Shown here in pieces: positions 50,757 through 62,766 of a stretch of DNA of 63,201 bases. Origin of the DNA: Rhizaria sp. SCN 62-66 (Eukaryota); the NCBI GenBank assembly GCA_001724265.1, contig MEDY01000144.1, positions 1 through 63,201 of the forward strand, written 5' to 3'. How positions within the stretch are numbered: position 1 is the stretch's first letter; every line of letters starts with the position of its first letter. The notes beneath the pieces are model-generated. The model saw nothing but the letters and a program-made list of their open reading frames with translations. It was not told where the DNA came from and did not search any database. The position numbers and the translations under genes were made by a program.

Positions 50757-53700
50757 TTAAATTGAGTTCCAAAACATGTCTTTCTCCACCTCACGGGGTA
50801 CAATGGCGTTACCACCATCGTCGCCACCATCAAGGCCGTTACCGCGACTGTGGTTGTTGTGCCCAAACCCACTGCGCGACAGGTTCACGCCGGCAACGCC
50901 GGAGTTGGCACGGCTACTCGCAGCGGCAGGCTTGTGTGCAATCGCACGCTGTTGCGCGTTCAGTACTCGCGCCAGCTCCATCTTGACCTGAACTTCGCTC
51001 AGCGGGGCCCCGAACGCGCTGCTCTCGGGCCCGTCGTCGCCGCCCGCCGCCGCCGCCCCCGCCGCCGCGCCCCCCGGCCCCGCGCCCCGCCCCAGCCCCA
51101 GCGTCTGGGCCAGAATCGCGCCCGCAGAGGTCGCAGAGGACGCGGAGCCGCGGCCAGACTCGCGCTCGGCGTCGGCCACGGCGGCCTCGGCCACCGCGGC
51201 GGCTACGGCAGCAGCGGCGGCGGCCGCGGCCACGGCGGCCGGAGTCGCAGACGGGTCGGCGGCCACTGCCGCGGCGTCGGCCGCGGCAGACTCAGCTTCA
51301 GCAACCGCGGCTGCGGCTGTGGCGTCAAGATCAAGAACGCCCGCAGTTTGCCCGCGACGACTTTCATTCAAAGCGAATGGGTTCTGAGAAAGCTTCATAA
51401 GTTTGGCAGCGTCGATGTGTTTGTGGGCAGCACCGACACCGATGCTGTTCACATCGTACTTCACACCGCTGGTGCTGCTCGCGTTGCTCGTGCCGCCGCT
51501 GCGGTAGTGGCCGAACGCTGAGGGGGTCGGCACTGTTGGCTTCAGTGACGTAGGCGCAGGGCACTCACCGTCTTCGTCGTCGACGTCTGTGGGCACGCCG
51601 CGCGGTGTAAACGTGAAGTAGCTGTTCGCGACGGTGGTCGCAGCATTCACTGCAACGGGGGCAACGCTTGTGTTCCTCTCAGAGACAATACTGCCCTGAG
51701 CAGCAGTGGCAGCACCAGCGCTCGCACCCGCTGCCGTCGCTCCTGCAGATGATGCGACTGCCGCCGCCGCGGTCGCTTTGCCGTTGCTTTTGCCACTCTT
51801 GGTGGCAGCTGCTGTGCCACGTGCACTCAGAGGCGCATGCGGCTTATGTTGCTGCTGAGATTGCAATTGCGACTGTGAGTCTTGCTCCGACTTAGCATCA
51901 CCGCTCCGCGACTGTGAGCGCGAGAATTGACCACTCACGCGCCCCTTGCCACCGCCAGACTCGAGCGGCAGCGCGATCGACGGCAGGTGCTCGAACGAAG
52001 GAAAACCGTGCTCGTCGTAAGTTAAGCCGCCGTGCCCGCCCATGGACGAGTAATGCGGCTTGTGGCGCGACGGCGAGCGCGAGTGCGGGCGCGAGGGCGA
52101 CTGCGACGGGAGAACTGACTGCGACTGCGAGCGCAAGTGCATCGGGGAGCCGTTGCGCGGCGCAGGCAGCGGCGCGCGCTGTCCTTTAGCGTTCGCGGCA
52201 CGAACGTTCGCAGGATTACTCGGATCAAACGATTTGCGCGCGTCGTTCACAGGGACGTTACTGGGCATCCTTGAGTGCGCGACTGAGGGCATCGCGCTGT
52301 GCGTGGCAGTAGGCAGCGCAGATGAGACCGCACTGTCAGCGCCGCCGACTTTGGCGACGACAAGGCGTTCGGGGCGGCGACCCAGACCGACGCCGCGCCC
52401 AGCAGCAGTAGCTGCGCTGTTGGAGCTCAAAGCGGCAGGAGGGTTTGCGCCGTAGACTCCTACCGCATCATGGTCAGCGTCACGATCATCGACGTTCTTG
52501 GTTGAGCTGGTAAAGTCTTCGGCCGACTCGGGGACGCGTGGGTAGCGCATGGACGGGGAGCTGAACGACTTTGTGACAGTCCAGTAGAGGGAGTCTTTTG
52601 CTTCACCCTGGTCATCAATGCTGCCCATCAGCGCATCGTCGAGCACGTCCTTAGCGCTGTTACCAGCGGCTCCAGCATTGATGTTCTTGTTAGCAGCCTT
52701 GTTGTCAACTGCGCTGCCAGTCGTGGTGCCCTGCGCCGTCGACTGTTGCGCTTGCGTGAACGATGGCGCCCGCGAACCCAGTCCCTGCAGCCGCGCCTGT
52801 TGCGCCTGCGCCTGCGCGTGCGCCTGCGCTCGGTGCATCAGAGGCGCCAGCAACCTGTCGGGTGAGCGAGAGAGCGACTGTAATAAGGCTTCCAGCTGCA
52901 GCTGCGAGCCAAGATCCGAAGCGGAGCTGACGCGACTCAGCGCGCCCGCCTTCGAATCCAAGTACTGCGCCATGTAGGCCCTTACAGCATCGCTGGCAGC
53001 AGCGGCGGCGGCACTCGCGTCATGCGACAGCGGCAGCACGCCTGCCCCCACACCGGTGACGGTGACGGGCGACTGCAACAGCAGCTGTGTCCGCGGCTGC
53101 GAGGGTGACAGGCTTGGTGACACCACCGCGCTATTGTCTCCACTGGACGCTTGCGCTTGTGTTTGTGACAGCAACCGCGATTGCCAACGGGTTTGCGCTT
53201 GTAAGTCGCTGAGCGGCAAGTTGAGCGCGTACAGCGGCCGCGCTTTGCAGGCGCCAACACAGACGCCCGGGCACACTCCCAGGCACCGAGTCTTGTGCTG
53301 TTGCTGTTGTTGTTGTTGAGGGAGTTGCTGCTGAAGCTCATGCTCTTGCGGCAGTGCGAGGAGCTGGTGTGCACCGGAAGTGTTCAGACGAGAGTTAAGC
53401 GCCCCGAAGTCGTCTTCGGTGCCAGCCAAAAGAGCGTTGCCAGCGCCGCTGCGGGCAACATTAAAGCTACTACTGCTGCCGCTGCTGCTGTTGTTACTGT
53501 TACTGAAGCCGTCGCCGCTGCTGTTGGCGACGGCGGGCAAAAACGAGTCTGCAGCGGCGGCTATGCCCGTAAGCAGCTGCGCCTTGCTCGCCTGCGCGGC
53601 CAGCGCCCGCGCGCGCGCCCCCGTCTGCGCAGCCGTGACGTCGACCGAGGTGGCCGCGGCGAGCGCGGAGGCGGGGACGACGCGATGCGCAGCGAACTCG

Positions 53701-54806
53701 CTCACAGCGCAGTCGCGCAAGACGGCCGGCAGCACCGCCTCAACGCTCGTGCTGTCGGAACGAGGACTAGCGGAGGGCATGCTGTTCGGAACCCGAGCGG
53801 GTGTGGCGCTCGTCGCCGCTGAACGTGCAGAGCTTGTTTCTGTCGGAGTCGAAGTTCCAGTTGCAGCAGTTCTCGCAGAAATTGTGGGCGTGAAGAGCTC
53901 GTCTGCAAAGGTCGAGCTGCCTCTCTGCTCAAACTTCTGCAACGCCGCGGTTGCCGCCATCAGCGCGTTGTTGGCGCGCTTCATGGCGAGCGCAGTCTGC
54001 TTCTTGTTCGGCGTCAATGCGGCAGCTGCAGCCGCAGCAGACGATGTCGCTGATGGCGTCGCAGTTGGACTCGCAGCGCTCGGGGCACCGGCGGCCGCGG
54101 CCGTCGCCAAGTCAGGGCCATCACCGGCACTTGCTGTGCCAGCAGCAGCAGTCATCATCGCTGCAAGCGCGGCTCTATTGGCGGCTTTGTTGGCGTTGCT
54201 GAGCGCCCGGGCCGCGAGCCGCTGGTCCTCGTACAGGTGCGAGTGTGCGCGCGCGTGGGCGGCGGCAAGGTGGCGCGCAACGGCGGCTTCGGGTGCGTCG
54301 CCGGGCGCGTCGGAGAAGACAGAGGCGAGCAGGGCCGCGCGGTCGTTGGGCGCGAGCGCGTTGAGGGACGAGGACGAGAGACTGGATGTAGCGGCGGTGG
54401 GGGAGGAATATGGGCTTCGACTCGGGCTTTGTGAAGGTGCAAATGGTGCGCCACTGGAATATGGCTGCTGCATCGGCTGGTGGGAGTTATAGTTGGAGCT
54501 GTTGGCGTTACTGGGGGTGGCGGGCGTGAATGCAGCAAGACGGGATGAGTGCTACATCGTGTCAAGGGTGCTCGAGCCGACTGTAGACAGCACAGGCGAG
54601 GGCGATAGCCTCAGCACATGCGGAGACGGCTCGCAGTAACCAACTCGGGCAAGCGGGTCCCTTGATACGGGAAGCGTTGCGGACTGCGAGGGCGAATGGA
54701 ACGGGTCTCGCGAAGGACTCATCTGGGCCTGCATTGCCCGGGCTCGGTGCTCGAAGAGAGTGAAGTAGTCCGCATCAATAGAGTCGTTGCTTGTCGATGT
54801 TGACAT
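50757..54806 (-). CDS. Hypothetical Ser/Ala/Gln-rich, probably disordered protein (~1349 aa if TAG is read through); in-frame TAG at 54554-54552
   Basis: ATG at 54806 lies at the boundary with the AT-rich upstream spacer. The 84-codon ORF, the TAG and 26 further sense codons run in frame into the 1238-aa ORF. Ends in TAA. Under the standard code the start would be 54473. Confidence 0.72.
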
Positions 54807-55200
54807 ATTATTTGATTTATCAAGTCACAGTTGTTTCGCAAGCGTTCCTTTGTTGCGTTCGTGACGATGAAAATCGGACACAGCTTCACTTTAAAAATCA
54901 TAGCATGAACCCAAGCAAGCTAGATTTTTGGCAGATCGCGCCGTTACTCTAGCCACAATGCAAAGCAGTGCATATAGAGATGAAATAAAGGCGACGTCGT
55001 TCAATTCTAGAACATTTTTGTAGTGTGGCTTTATTATATACGATTTTATCTCTGCATCACGATTAGCCCTTATATCTAGCGGTACGTCACAGGAGAATGT
55101 CACACGCTTGTTGAAAAAAATAATAAGTGTTGATATTGGCCCTGTAAGACAGAGTCAGATGCATAGCAAAAGTAAGAGTACAGTACATCGAGTTTTAGTC

Positions 55201-56618
55201 TCATTCATACTCATTTCCCTCTTCATCAAAGCGTGAATCATCTCCATCAGCCTCAATCCCACCGGTAATCTGCATTTTCTGCTGCTGGACATTCAGTGAC
55301 AGCTGCTGCTGTTGCTGCTGCTGTTGCTGTAGTTGCTGTTGTTCAAGTAACCGACGCTGATTTTGCTGTTGCTCCCTCGCGGCAGCCAATACCTGGCCCG
55401 ACCTCATAGGTCCCCGACCGGTGCCCGCGCCAGCACCGACACCGACTCCGACTCCCACACCACCACCACCACCACCGTGACCGGGAGCGTTATAGCCATG
55501 AGCACCGCTGTTGTTGCTGTGTCCGTGCTGCAGCGACTGCTGAGCCATCGGATGCGAGCTATGAATCGGCACCTCGACACGTCCTTCAGCACCTGCACCG
55601 CGGTGCAGCCCGACGCCGACGTTGAAGCCACCGCTGAGGCTGTTGCTGCCGGTCATGTTGATGTTGTTGGCGACAGGAGCGGGGCGACGGAAAAAGCTTC
55701 CGATGCGACTCACAAAGCCGCCACTGGCGGGCGCGGGCGCGGGGGCCGGCGCGGGGTCGCTGCTGTAGCCGCCGTACCGGCCCCCAGGGCTACTGCCCAA
55801 GTTGTTCACATCGTTGTTGTGATTGCTGTTGTTTGGGCCCGAGCCGGAGCTTGAGTGTGAGCCCGCGCTAGAAGTGTCGACCGCAGTCTCGATGAAGCGC
55901 TCCACCATGCCGGGCTTTGTGTACGCATCCGACGGCAACTCGTCGTGGCCGGAGCACACTGACCCGCCGCAGCCGCCCGTGCTTACACCGGGGACTGGCC
56001 CCGCACCGGACGCCGCGCTGCCGCCCTTGGCAGGCTGGGACACGCGCACCCACACGCGGCGCGTGCTGGTGTTGACCCACACGGCGTGCGTGCGCTGTTT
56101 GACGCCCTTGGTCTTCCACTCGCGGCTCAGAGCCTGGTAGTAGCATTGCCCATCAGTGAGATCGAAGCGGTAACTGTGCCACGGGCAGACCACCACGCGC
56201 GCCGACGTCGCGCCCTCAGCGCCGTCAAGACCGGCGCCATCGCCCGGGCTGGATGCAGCGGATGAGCCGGCTTTGCTTGTGTTGATGACTATGTCTTCAA
56301 TGTCGCCGTCCTGCAGGGGACCGCCGGCATGATAGCACAGCGCATCCATTGCATACAGAGCGAAGCCGGACTCGGTGTCTGCGGGCTACGCGGATTTAAA
56401 AATGAATAGGCATCATGTCGTGGTGTTAAACGTCGTTAGTTCGGTGCTGTCGCGGTGCAATGCATGATGAAGAAAGAGTTGGACGAAGGAGCAAGGGAGC
56501 GACGTACCTGGTTGAAAATCACGATGGGACGCTTGGGGCTTCCCACCGCAGCGCACTTGGTACCGTTTAATGGAATCTCATCAACATGACAAACGTCAAC
56601 GACGTTGCCATCGGACAT
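55201..56618 (-). CDS. Rieske [2Fe-2S] domain protein (RFESD-like), ~431 aa with a long low-complexity tail; exons 56618-56508 and 56385-55201
   Basis: Rieske ligand motifs ALCYHAGGPL and VCPWHSYRFDL, followed by KGVKQRTHAV. Phase-0 intron 56507-56386 (GTACGT...CGTAG). Ends in TGA. Confidence 0.88.
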
Positions 56619-57100
56619 TCTGGAGTTGTGGAAGAGCGATTTTGAAGCGAATGTTCAATCACCACGAACAGGTTTGACACCACAACGGCTATGTATAGTG
56701 CAGAGCTAAGCAGAGAACATAAACGCACATTGGTGAGATTCCAGAATCGAGAAAAGAAATATAACCTATGTGACAAATCACTCGTCGCATAGCACATCGG
56801 GTGACGGTTATTACAAGTCTGTGCAGCTATGTTTCTATGTGGCGTTGCGGAGCGCAGTCATGGAGATGCGGCTCGCGACCAAAGTGGCACCGTAGCGTTT
56901 CATTCGATAACGATGTATTAGCACGTTATTTGAAGAGACCCAGTTAGTATGAGTTGTTCGCTATATTCATAGGATTGGTCATCAAATTATATTCACTAAA
57001 ACGTTGTTTTCCTTTGTCAATTTCTCTTTTTCTAAGGTCACTTTCTGACCCTGTACCACAGCTCGTCTCCGAACAGTTTTGGTGTCTATACAACGACAAG

Positions 57101-57594
57101 ATGTCTACTCCCAAAGGAAAAGGCAATGCCTCATCTTACAATGTCATTAATGGCTCCGAGTATTCCCGTACGTATCTTCATACCTCCTTCAAAACCTTGT
57201 CATCTCTTTAACCCGGCGAGAATGCCAGACGCCGCCTCACTTCTTTACTTGGTTATGTCACTGTCTCATCAACAGAGCAAGCTCTGCACACGGGTCGCCG
57301 CGTGTACACCTCAGAGACCTCGCGTTCCCACTTTGAGCCGGGCGCGATGACCCCTGCGCGCTTCGCGGCCCCCTCCAACGCGCAAAACACGCCCCGCACC
57401 GCCGGCAACACCCCCGCGCACGTCGCGCGCAACGGCAACAACTCCCACGGCGTCACGGCCACCTTCGCGGCCTACTCCCCCGCGCCCTCGGCTCCCGCGT
57501 CCGCCGCGAAGCCCCGCCCCGCGGTTGGCGGCGCGTCCATCGGCGTCACGGCTGCGATGGGCGGCAGCGTTGCAAACACCCCCGTCCATAACAA

Positions 57595-57628
<34 letters not shown>

Positions 57629-60600
57629 GCCGCTGCCGTTACAGCGCGGACCCCGGGCGTCGGCGTCCCCGCGACGCACTATCACGCGATGGCTCCCGCC
57701 GCGGTGGCGAGCCGCGTGACTGCGGGCACGCCCGGACTGCTGGCGTGGCGCGAGGGCGACGCCGAAGCCGCGACGCGCTGCACCCCAGCCGCGGTCAACG
57801 ACAGCCGCGCCGCGGCCGCCATCGCCACGGCCGACGCCTCCGCGCTGCGCCTCTCCGCCGTGCAGAGCAGCGGCCCCAAGGGCGCCGCGGGCGGCAAGCG
57901 CGGGCGCAACGCGCGCATGTCGATGTCGCTCGACGACATGTCCGTGGTAACCATCAGCGACGCCTTCGCCAAGCGCGCTGGCGGGCTCGCCAGCAACAAC
58001 TCGTGTTTTAACTCTTCCGCATTCGCGGCCACGCTGCAGCAGCACACTGTTGGCGGCGGCCTCGCGCGCGCCGGCGCCGCGGGAGCGCGCTTCAAGTTTA
58101 CCGCCACTGCCACCGCCGACGGCGCGGACACCGCCCCTGCCCCGAGCGCCGCCGCAGTCGCTGCGGCCGCCGACGCCCGCGCCCGCGAAGGGTTCAGCGT
58201 GGCGGACATCGGCCAGGGCCGAGGCTACGGCCACGGCGGACTCGCGCGGCCCGCGACGGCGACCGCGAGCGCGTTCGAGCTGACGGGCTACGCGCGGCCC
58301 GGCACCGCGGCCGCGGCCGCCGCCACGGCCGCCGCGTCGCTGGCAGCGCTGAGCCCCGCGGCCAACGCCAGCGCCACGGCGGCCGAATGGGGCGCCGCCA
58401 CGACCAGCGCGGACCTGGGCCGCACCGCCGCGCACAATAGCACATTCGGCGGCGCGACGGCGAGGCCCGCGAACGCGGTGGGCGCGGACCCGGCCGTGGT
58501 GGCTGCACAGGAGGGCACCTGGATGGGCGTGCAGCCCAGCGCGATGCGTGCGCTGTGGGGCGCAATGGACACGAGCCACTTGGGCAACCATGCGCGCCAC
58601 CACCGTCTGCTCGCAGCCTGGGCCGCTCAGCGCAGCCGGATGGAGGCGCAGACCGCGGCCTACAACGGCGCTGTCGCCGCGGGCGGGTCCCCGTTCGCCG
58701 TCACGCAGAATATCGCCGCCGCGACGCTCACCGAGAGCGGCTACACTGCGTCCGGCGCGGCTGGCGCTGCGGGCGGCAGCGGCGGCAACACCACCAACGC
58801 CAATGCGGCTGCCACGCTGTCGTCCGCGCGGACTGCGCCGAGCGTGCCGTACGACATCATCGCGCCGCACGCAGCGGCCGTGGCGCCGCCGTCCGCCGCG
58901 TCGGCCGCCGCGTTTGCCGTGGCTGCGCAGCGCGACCCCGTGACCGGGAGCAAGAAGGGGCTGGGCGCCACCTACCACCCTGGCGCCACGCGCGGGCCCG
59001 CGGCCGAGTCGGCGGCGCTCGTGGCTGGCGCGCGCACGCTCAGCGGCACCAACCTCTCCTTCGGCGCGGAGGCCAGTGCAGCGACTGCGGCTGACTCTGC
59101 GGACGCAACGGGCGACGTGGCCAGCGGCGACAACCACAAGAGGCTCGCTGCGCGCCTCGGCAAGACGTACGTTTCGATTGCAATGCATCTAAATTGCCAA
59201 TCTCTTTTATGATTTAACTTGCGTGTCAAGCTAAATATTTTTACGTTCAATCTATGCTTATTTAACAATATTATCATTGTTTTCCTCACTGATATTTGTC
59301 TTAGGACCGCGAGTGAGTTCACTGCGAACTTCCTTCGCGCTGGCGGCAGCGCGCCCATCAACGCTCTCGGCCGCGGCCGTTACTGCATTCAACCCGCCGC
59401 CTCTGGCGCCGACAGCGACCGCAACAATGCCGGCGATAGCGGTATTGTATTTGCCGATGGCGTCGACCCTTCGTCGCTCACGGTCTCCGCGCCCCTCGGC
59501 AGCCACCGCAACAACAGCAACAGCACGACCGCTCCCACCGCGCGCCCCCCGTCGGCGATCGTGGCCGCGGCGCAGCGGTCCCGCAACGCGGCGATGCTCG
59601 ACAGCGGCGACTTCGACGTCACGCTCACGACTCCCGCCAGTCTGGCCGCCGAGTCCGCGCGCAGCGCGTTGGCCCCCGCGGCCCGCGCCGCCGCCGCGGC
59701 CGCCCCGGCGGCGGGCGTGGCGCGCTGTGTCGATGGCGGCGAGGTCGTGACGGCTAAGGCCGCCGCGGAGACGGCGGCTGACGCACACTCGGCGCCGTTC
59801 GGCACTGCGGTGAACGCGCAGGCTCCCGCCACATGGCAGCACAAGACCGCGGCTGCCGTCGCTGCGCTGCGCTCCTCCGCGGCCGCCGCGTCCAACACGG
59901 CCGACGCCTCGACCGCCCAGGGCGCCGTGTTCGCGCCGGCCCCGGGCACGGCCGCGGCGTGCGGGCGCGAGACGTCACGCGTGGTGCAGCAGATCCTCGC
60001 AGCGGCCGCGCGTGACCCTATCACGGGCCAGGCGGGGCCCATGGCCGGTACCGACGCAGAGGCCGCGGCGCGCGCCGCCACCACGGGCGCCGACCGCGCG
60101 GGCAGCACGAACCGGCCCTACGACAAGCTCGTGCAGCGCATCTTTGGCGTTGCGAGCGAGAACGCGTCGGGCGCTAACACTGCGGACGCTGCTGCTGTGG
60201 AGCCGCCATTCGCGCTCTGGCCCAGCGGTAGCGCTAACGGCGGCGCCGCCGCTGCCAAGACGCCCGCCAAGGCAAACGCTGTTGCGGCCGGCAAGTCCAC
60301 CGGCGCTGTCGCCCCGTACGCGACCGCGGCCGGCGGCTCCGTCGCGTCGCCCGCCGTGCGCGCGGCGGCCCAAACGGCGCTGCGCGACTCGCTGGCCCGC
60401 GCCGACACGGTCAGCGTCTACCGCGCGCCCGTCCCGGCGCCGCTCAGCGAGGCCACGGGCGCAGCGCTGCGCGGCCACACCGCGGCCTACACCACAGCGC
60501 CGGCTCCGGGCTATGCTACCGCGAGCTCTGCTCCCGCGGCGGCGACTCCGTCGGGCAAGAGCGTCTTCGCGAGTGCGTTCAACGTCGCAGACGTCTCAAG

Positions 60601-60790
60601 CGCCAACGCGGGCGGCCACGCGAGCGCCGCGAGAGAGAACGTGTACGGCTCCGGCGCCGCGAGTAGCCGCAACGCGACCCCGGTTAAGGTGGGCGAGAAG
60701 GCGGGCTACAAGCCGCTGTTCAAGCCCGTGTCGGCGTGGCGCGTGCAGAACGGCGCCGTCGTCAACGTCGCTGCCAACGCAAACGAGTAA
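57101..60790 (+). CDS. Hypothetical Ala-rich, probably disordered protein (~1147 aa) with short recurring motifs; exons 57101-57167, 57276-59166, 59305-60790
   Basis: Two frame-preserving GTACGT...AG introns (57168-57275, phase 1; 59167-59304, phase 2). Ends in TAA. Confidence 0.75.
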
Positions 60791-61269
60791 CTGCTCGCAG
60801 CTGAAGCACAGCTTACACGATGTATTTTTGTATTTATATCAACCGATCTACATCTTCGCCAATTTATGCATTCCTACTGTTTTCCCCGTTTCCTTTGTTT
60901 GTTTATGTGTTCGTAAATCCGCTGACTTGAATTGGTTCTAGTCACACAATTACATGCACAGTGTCCTTTCAACCAAGACACAAGCTCTGCCTGTTTCCAC
61001 GACTATGAAATATTTGTAATAATAATACAATACTCATTTTAACACACGTAATATAATGATGCAAATTTGCGATCCTCTATTGCACTTCGTTGATCATCAA
61101 CACATGTCGTACCCAGATTTATATTGAGATACATGTACGACACATTTCAAGTCAAAACACACACCACTTTAAGATCACCCAGTTAGGGAAAATAAATCAC
61201 ACGACGCAACAACTAATTCAATCTTAACCAGAGCCACTAACCTTGTCCGAATCAAGTCAAGTTTGCCAC

Positions 61270-62763
61270 TTACGCGTACTTAGCGAGGAACTCCTTGTGG
61301 AACTTGGCGAGCGCGGCGTTGACGTTGTCGATGTCGGCCTCGGAGGGCAGAATCGTGGTGCGGAAGTGGAAGGTATTCTTCTTCTGCACGAAGCCAGTGC
61401 CGGGCACGACGCAGATGCCCGTGGCATCAAGCATCGCAAGGCAGTAGAACGTGTCGGCAGGCTTGCCCGCGGCCTTGGCTGCGGCGATGGCCTTCTCGGG
61501 GAGCGTGATCTGGGGGAAAGCGTAAAGCGCGCCCTGCACGGGCTGGCACGACACGCCCTCGAGCTCGTTGAGCGCCTTGGCGACGGTGGCGGCGCGGCGC
61601 TTGAGCGAGTCGAGGATCGCGCTCTTCTCGGCCTCGTACACGGGGCCGGAGGGGTCGGAGGGCTTCGGCGGGTTGACCATGAGGCCAACGGTGAGCTGGC
61701 CCGTAACGTTGGAGCAGAGTGAGATGGAGGAGAGCTTGTAGAGCTGGGCGAGGATGTCCTCGGGGAAGTTGGTGAGGTGGAAGTAGCCGCCGCGCTGGCC
61801 GCACTCGCCGATGAAGCCCTTGGACACCGAGTGGAAGGACACGAGCGGGACGGTCGACTTGGTGTCCTTGACGACCTTGCGGAAGGACGTGAAGGGCACG
61901 GTGGAGTAGACGTTGGTCTGGTAGACCTCGTCGGCGAGCAGCACGAGGTTGCGCGCGGCGCAGAAGTCGACGACGGCCTTGATGTTCTCCTCTGACAGAC
62001 ACTGGCCCGTGGGGTTGCCGGGGTTGATGATGACGATGGCGCGCACCGTGGTGCCCGCGGCCACAGCGGCGTCGTAGGAGCGCTCAAGCTCGGGGAGGTC
62101 CATGGACCAGCCGTTCTCCTCGTTGAGGTAGTAGCCCACGAGCTGGCCCTGGAGCAGCGTCATGGACGCGCTGTAGAGCGGATACTGCGGGATGGGGCAC
62201 ATGACGCCGTCTGTGGGGGACGAGATGAGCGTCTGGAGGAGCATCTTGACACCCGAGGACGCACCGTCGGTGATGAAGATGTTCTCGGGGTCCGTCTTGT
62301 GGCCGTCGCGGTCAGCGATGAAGGCCGCGACCTCGTCGCGGATGAAGCTCAGGCCCTTGGAGTGGGTGTAAGCGCCCGTGCCGGAGATCTTGCTCAGGTA
62401 GCTCTTGGCGCGTGCGATGGCGTCAGTGGGGAACGCAGCGGCGGCCGCGGTGTTGGACATGAGCTCGGGGTAGTGGCAGAGCGAGATAACCTGGCGCAGG
62501 AACGTCAGGGGCTTCTGGCCCAGCTCGTGCGGGTTGCCGATGTTGCACGCGACAATCTTCTTGAAGGGAAGCGAGTCGGGGTTCGCGGCGAGCTTCTGGC
62601 GGTAACCATCAGCCTTGATAACGAGCTCACCACGGACGGCGTACTGCGCGTCCTTGACGTGAGGATTGATCGTGTCAAGACTCATCTTGGGGGCGGCGCT
62701 GGACATGAGGCGGGCAGTGTTGAGGGTGGTCGACTTCGACAGGGCGGAAAGGCCGCGGAGCAT
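61270..62763 (-). CDS. Alanine aminotransferase (GPT/ALT family, PLP-dependent class I), 497 aa, with a probable mitochondrial presequence
   Basis: YAVRGEL, CNIGNP, GAYTHSKG, PIPQYPLYSA, IINPGNPTG, LLADEVYQ, PLP-lysine motif SFHSVSKG, GECGQRGGY, VVPGTGF, HFRTTILP. The N-terminus MLRGLSALSKSTTLNTARLMSS is basic, hydroxylated and free of acidic residues. Ends in TAA. Confidence 0.95.
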   Translation of the reverse strand: MLRGLSALSKSTTLNTARLMSSAAPKMSLDTINPHVKDAQYAVRGELVIKADGYRQKLAANPDSLPFKKIVACNIGNPHELGQKPLTFLRQVISLCHYPELMSNTAAAAAFPTDAIARAKSYLSKISGTGAYTHSKGLSFIRDEVAAFIADRDGHKTDPENIFITDGASSGVKMLLQTLISSPTDGVMCPIPQYPLYSASMTLLQGQLVGYYLNEENGWSMDLPELERSYDAAVAAGTTVRAIVIINPGNPTGQCLSEENIKAVVDFCAARNLVLLADEVYQTNVYSTVPFTSFRKVVKDTKSTVPLVSFHSVSKGFIGECGQRGGYFHLTNFPEDILAQLYKLSSISLCSNVTGQLTVGLMVNPPKPSDPSGPVYEAEKSAILDSLKRRAATVAKALNELEGVSCQPVQGALYAFPQITLPEKAIAAAKAAGKPADTFYCLAMLDATGICVVPGTGFVQKKNTFHFRTTILPSEADIDNVNAALAKFHKEFLAKYA

Positions 62764-62766
62764 CAA

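Noticed and set aside
5880-54554. Interpreting the four TAG-containing genes as pseudogenes, or the TAGs as selenocysteine/pyrrolysine sites
   Set aside because: There are no frameshifts or other stop types and downstream motifs are intact. Selenocysteine uses UGA. The sites lie in low-complexity linkers, not catalytic positions. Leaky read-through (three of four have +4C), RNA editing and base-calling error are less parsimonious given zero TAG terminators, but cannot be excluded without reads.
1506-60941. Numerous long antisense and alternate-frame ORFs overlapping the genes (e.g. 57311-59188 -, 31819-33192 +, 3240-4121 +)
   Set aside because: Expected shadows of GC-rich, Ala-codon-rich coding sequence; they show no motifs or independent gene signals.
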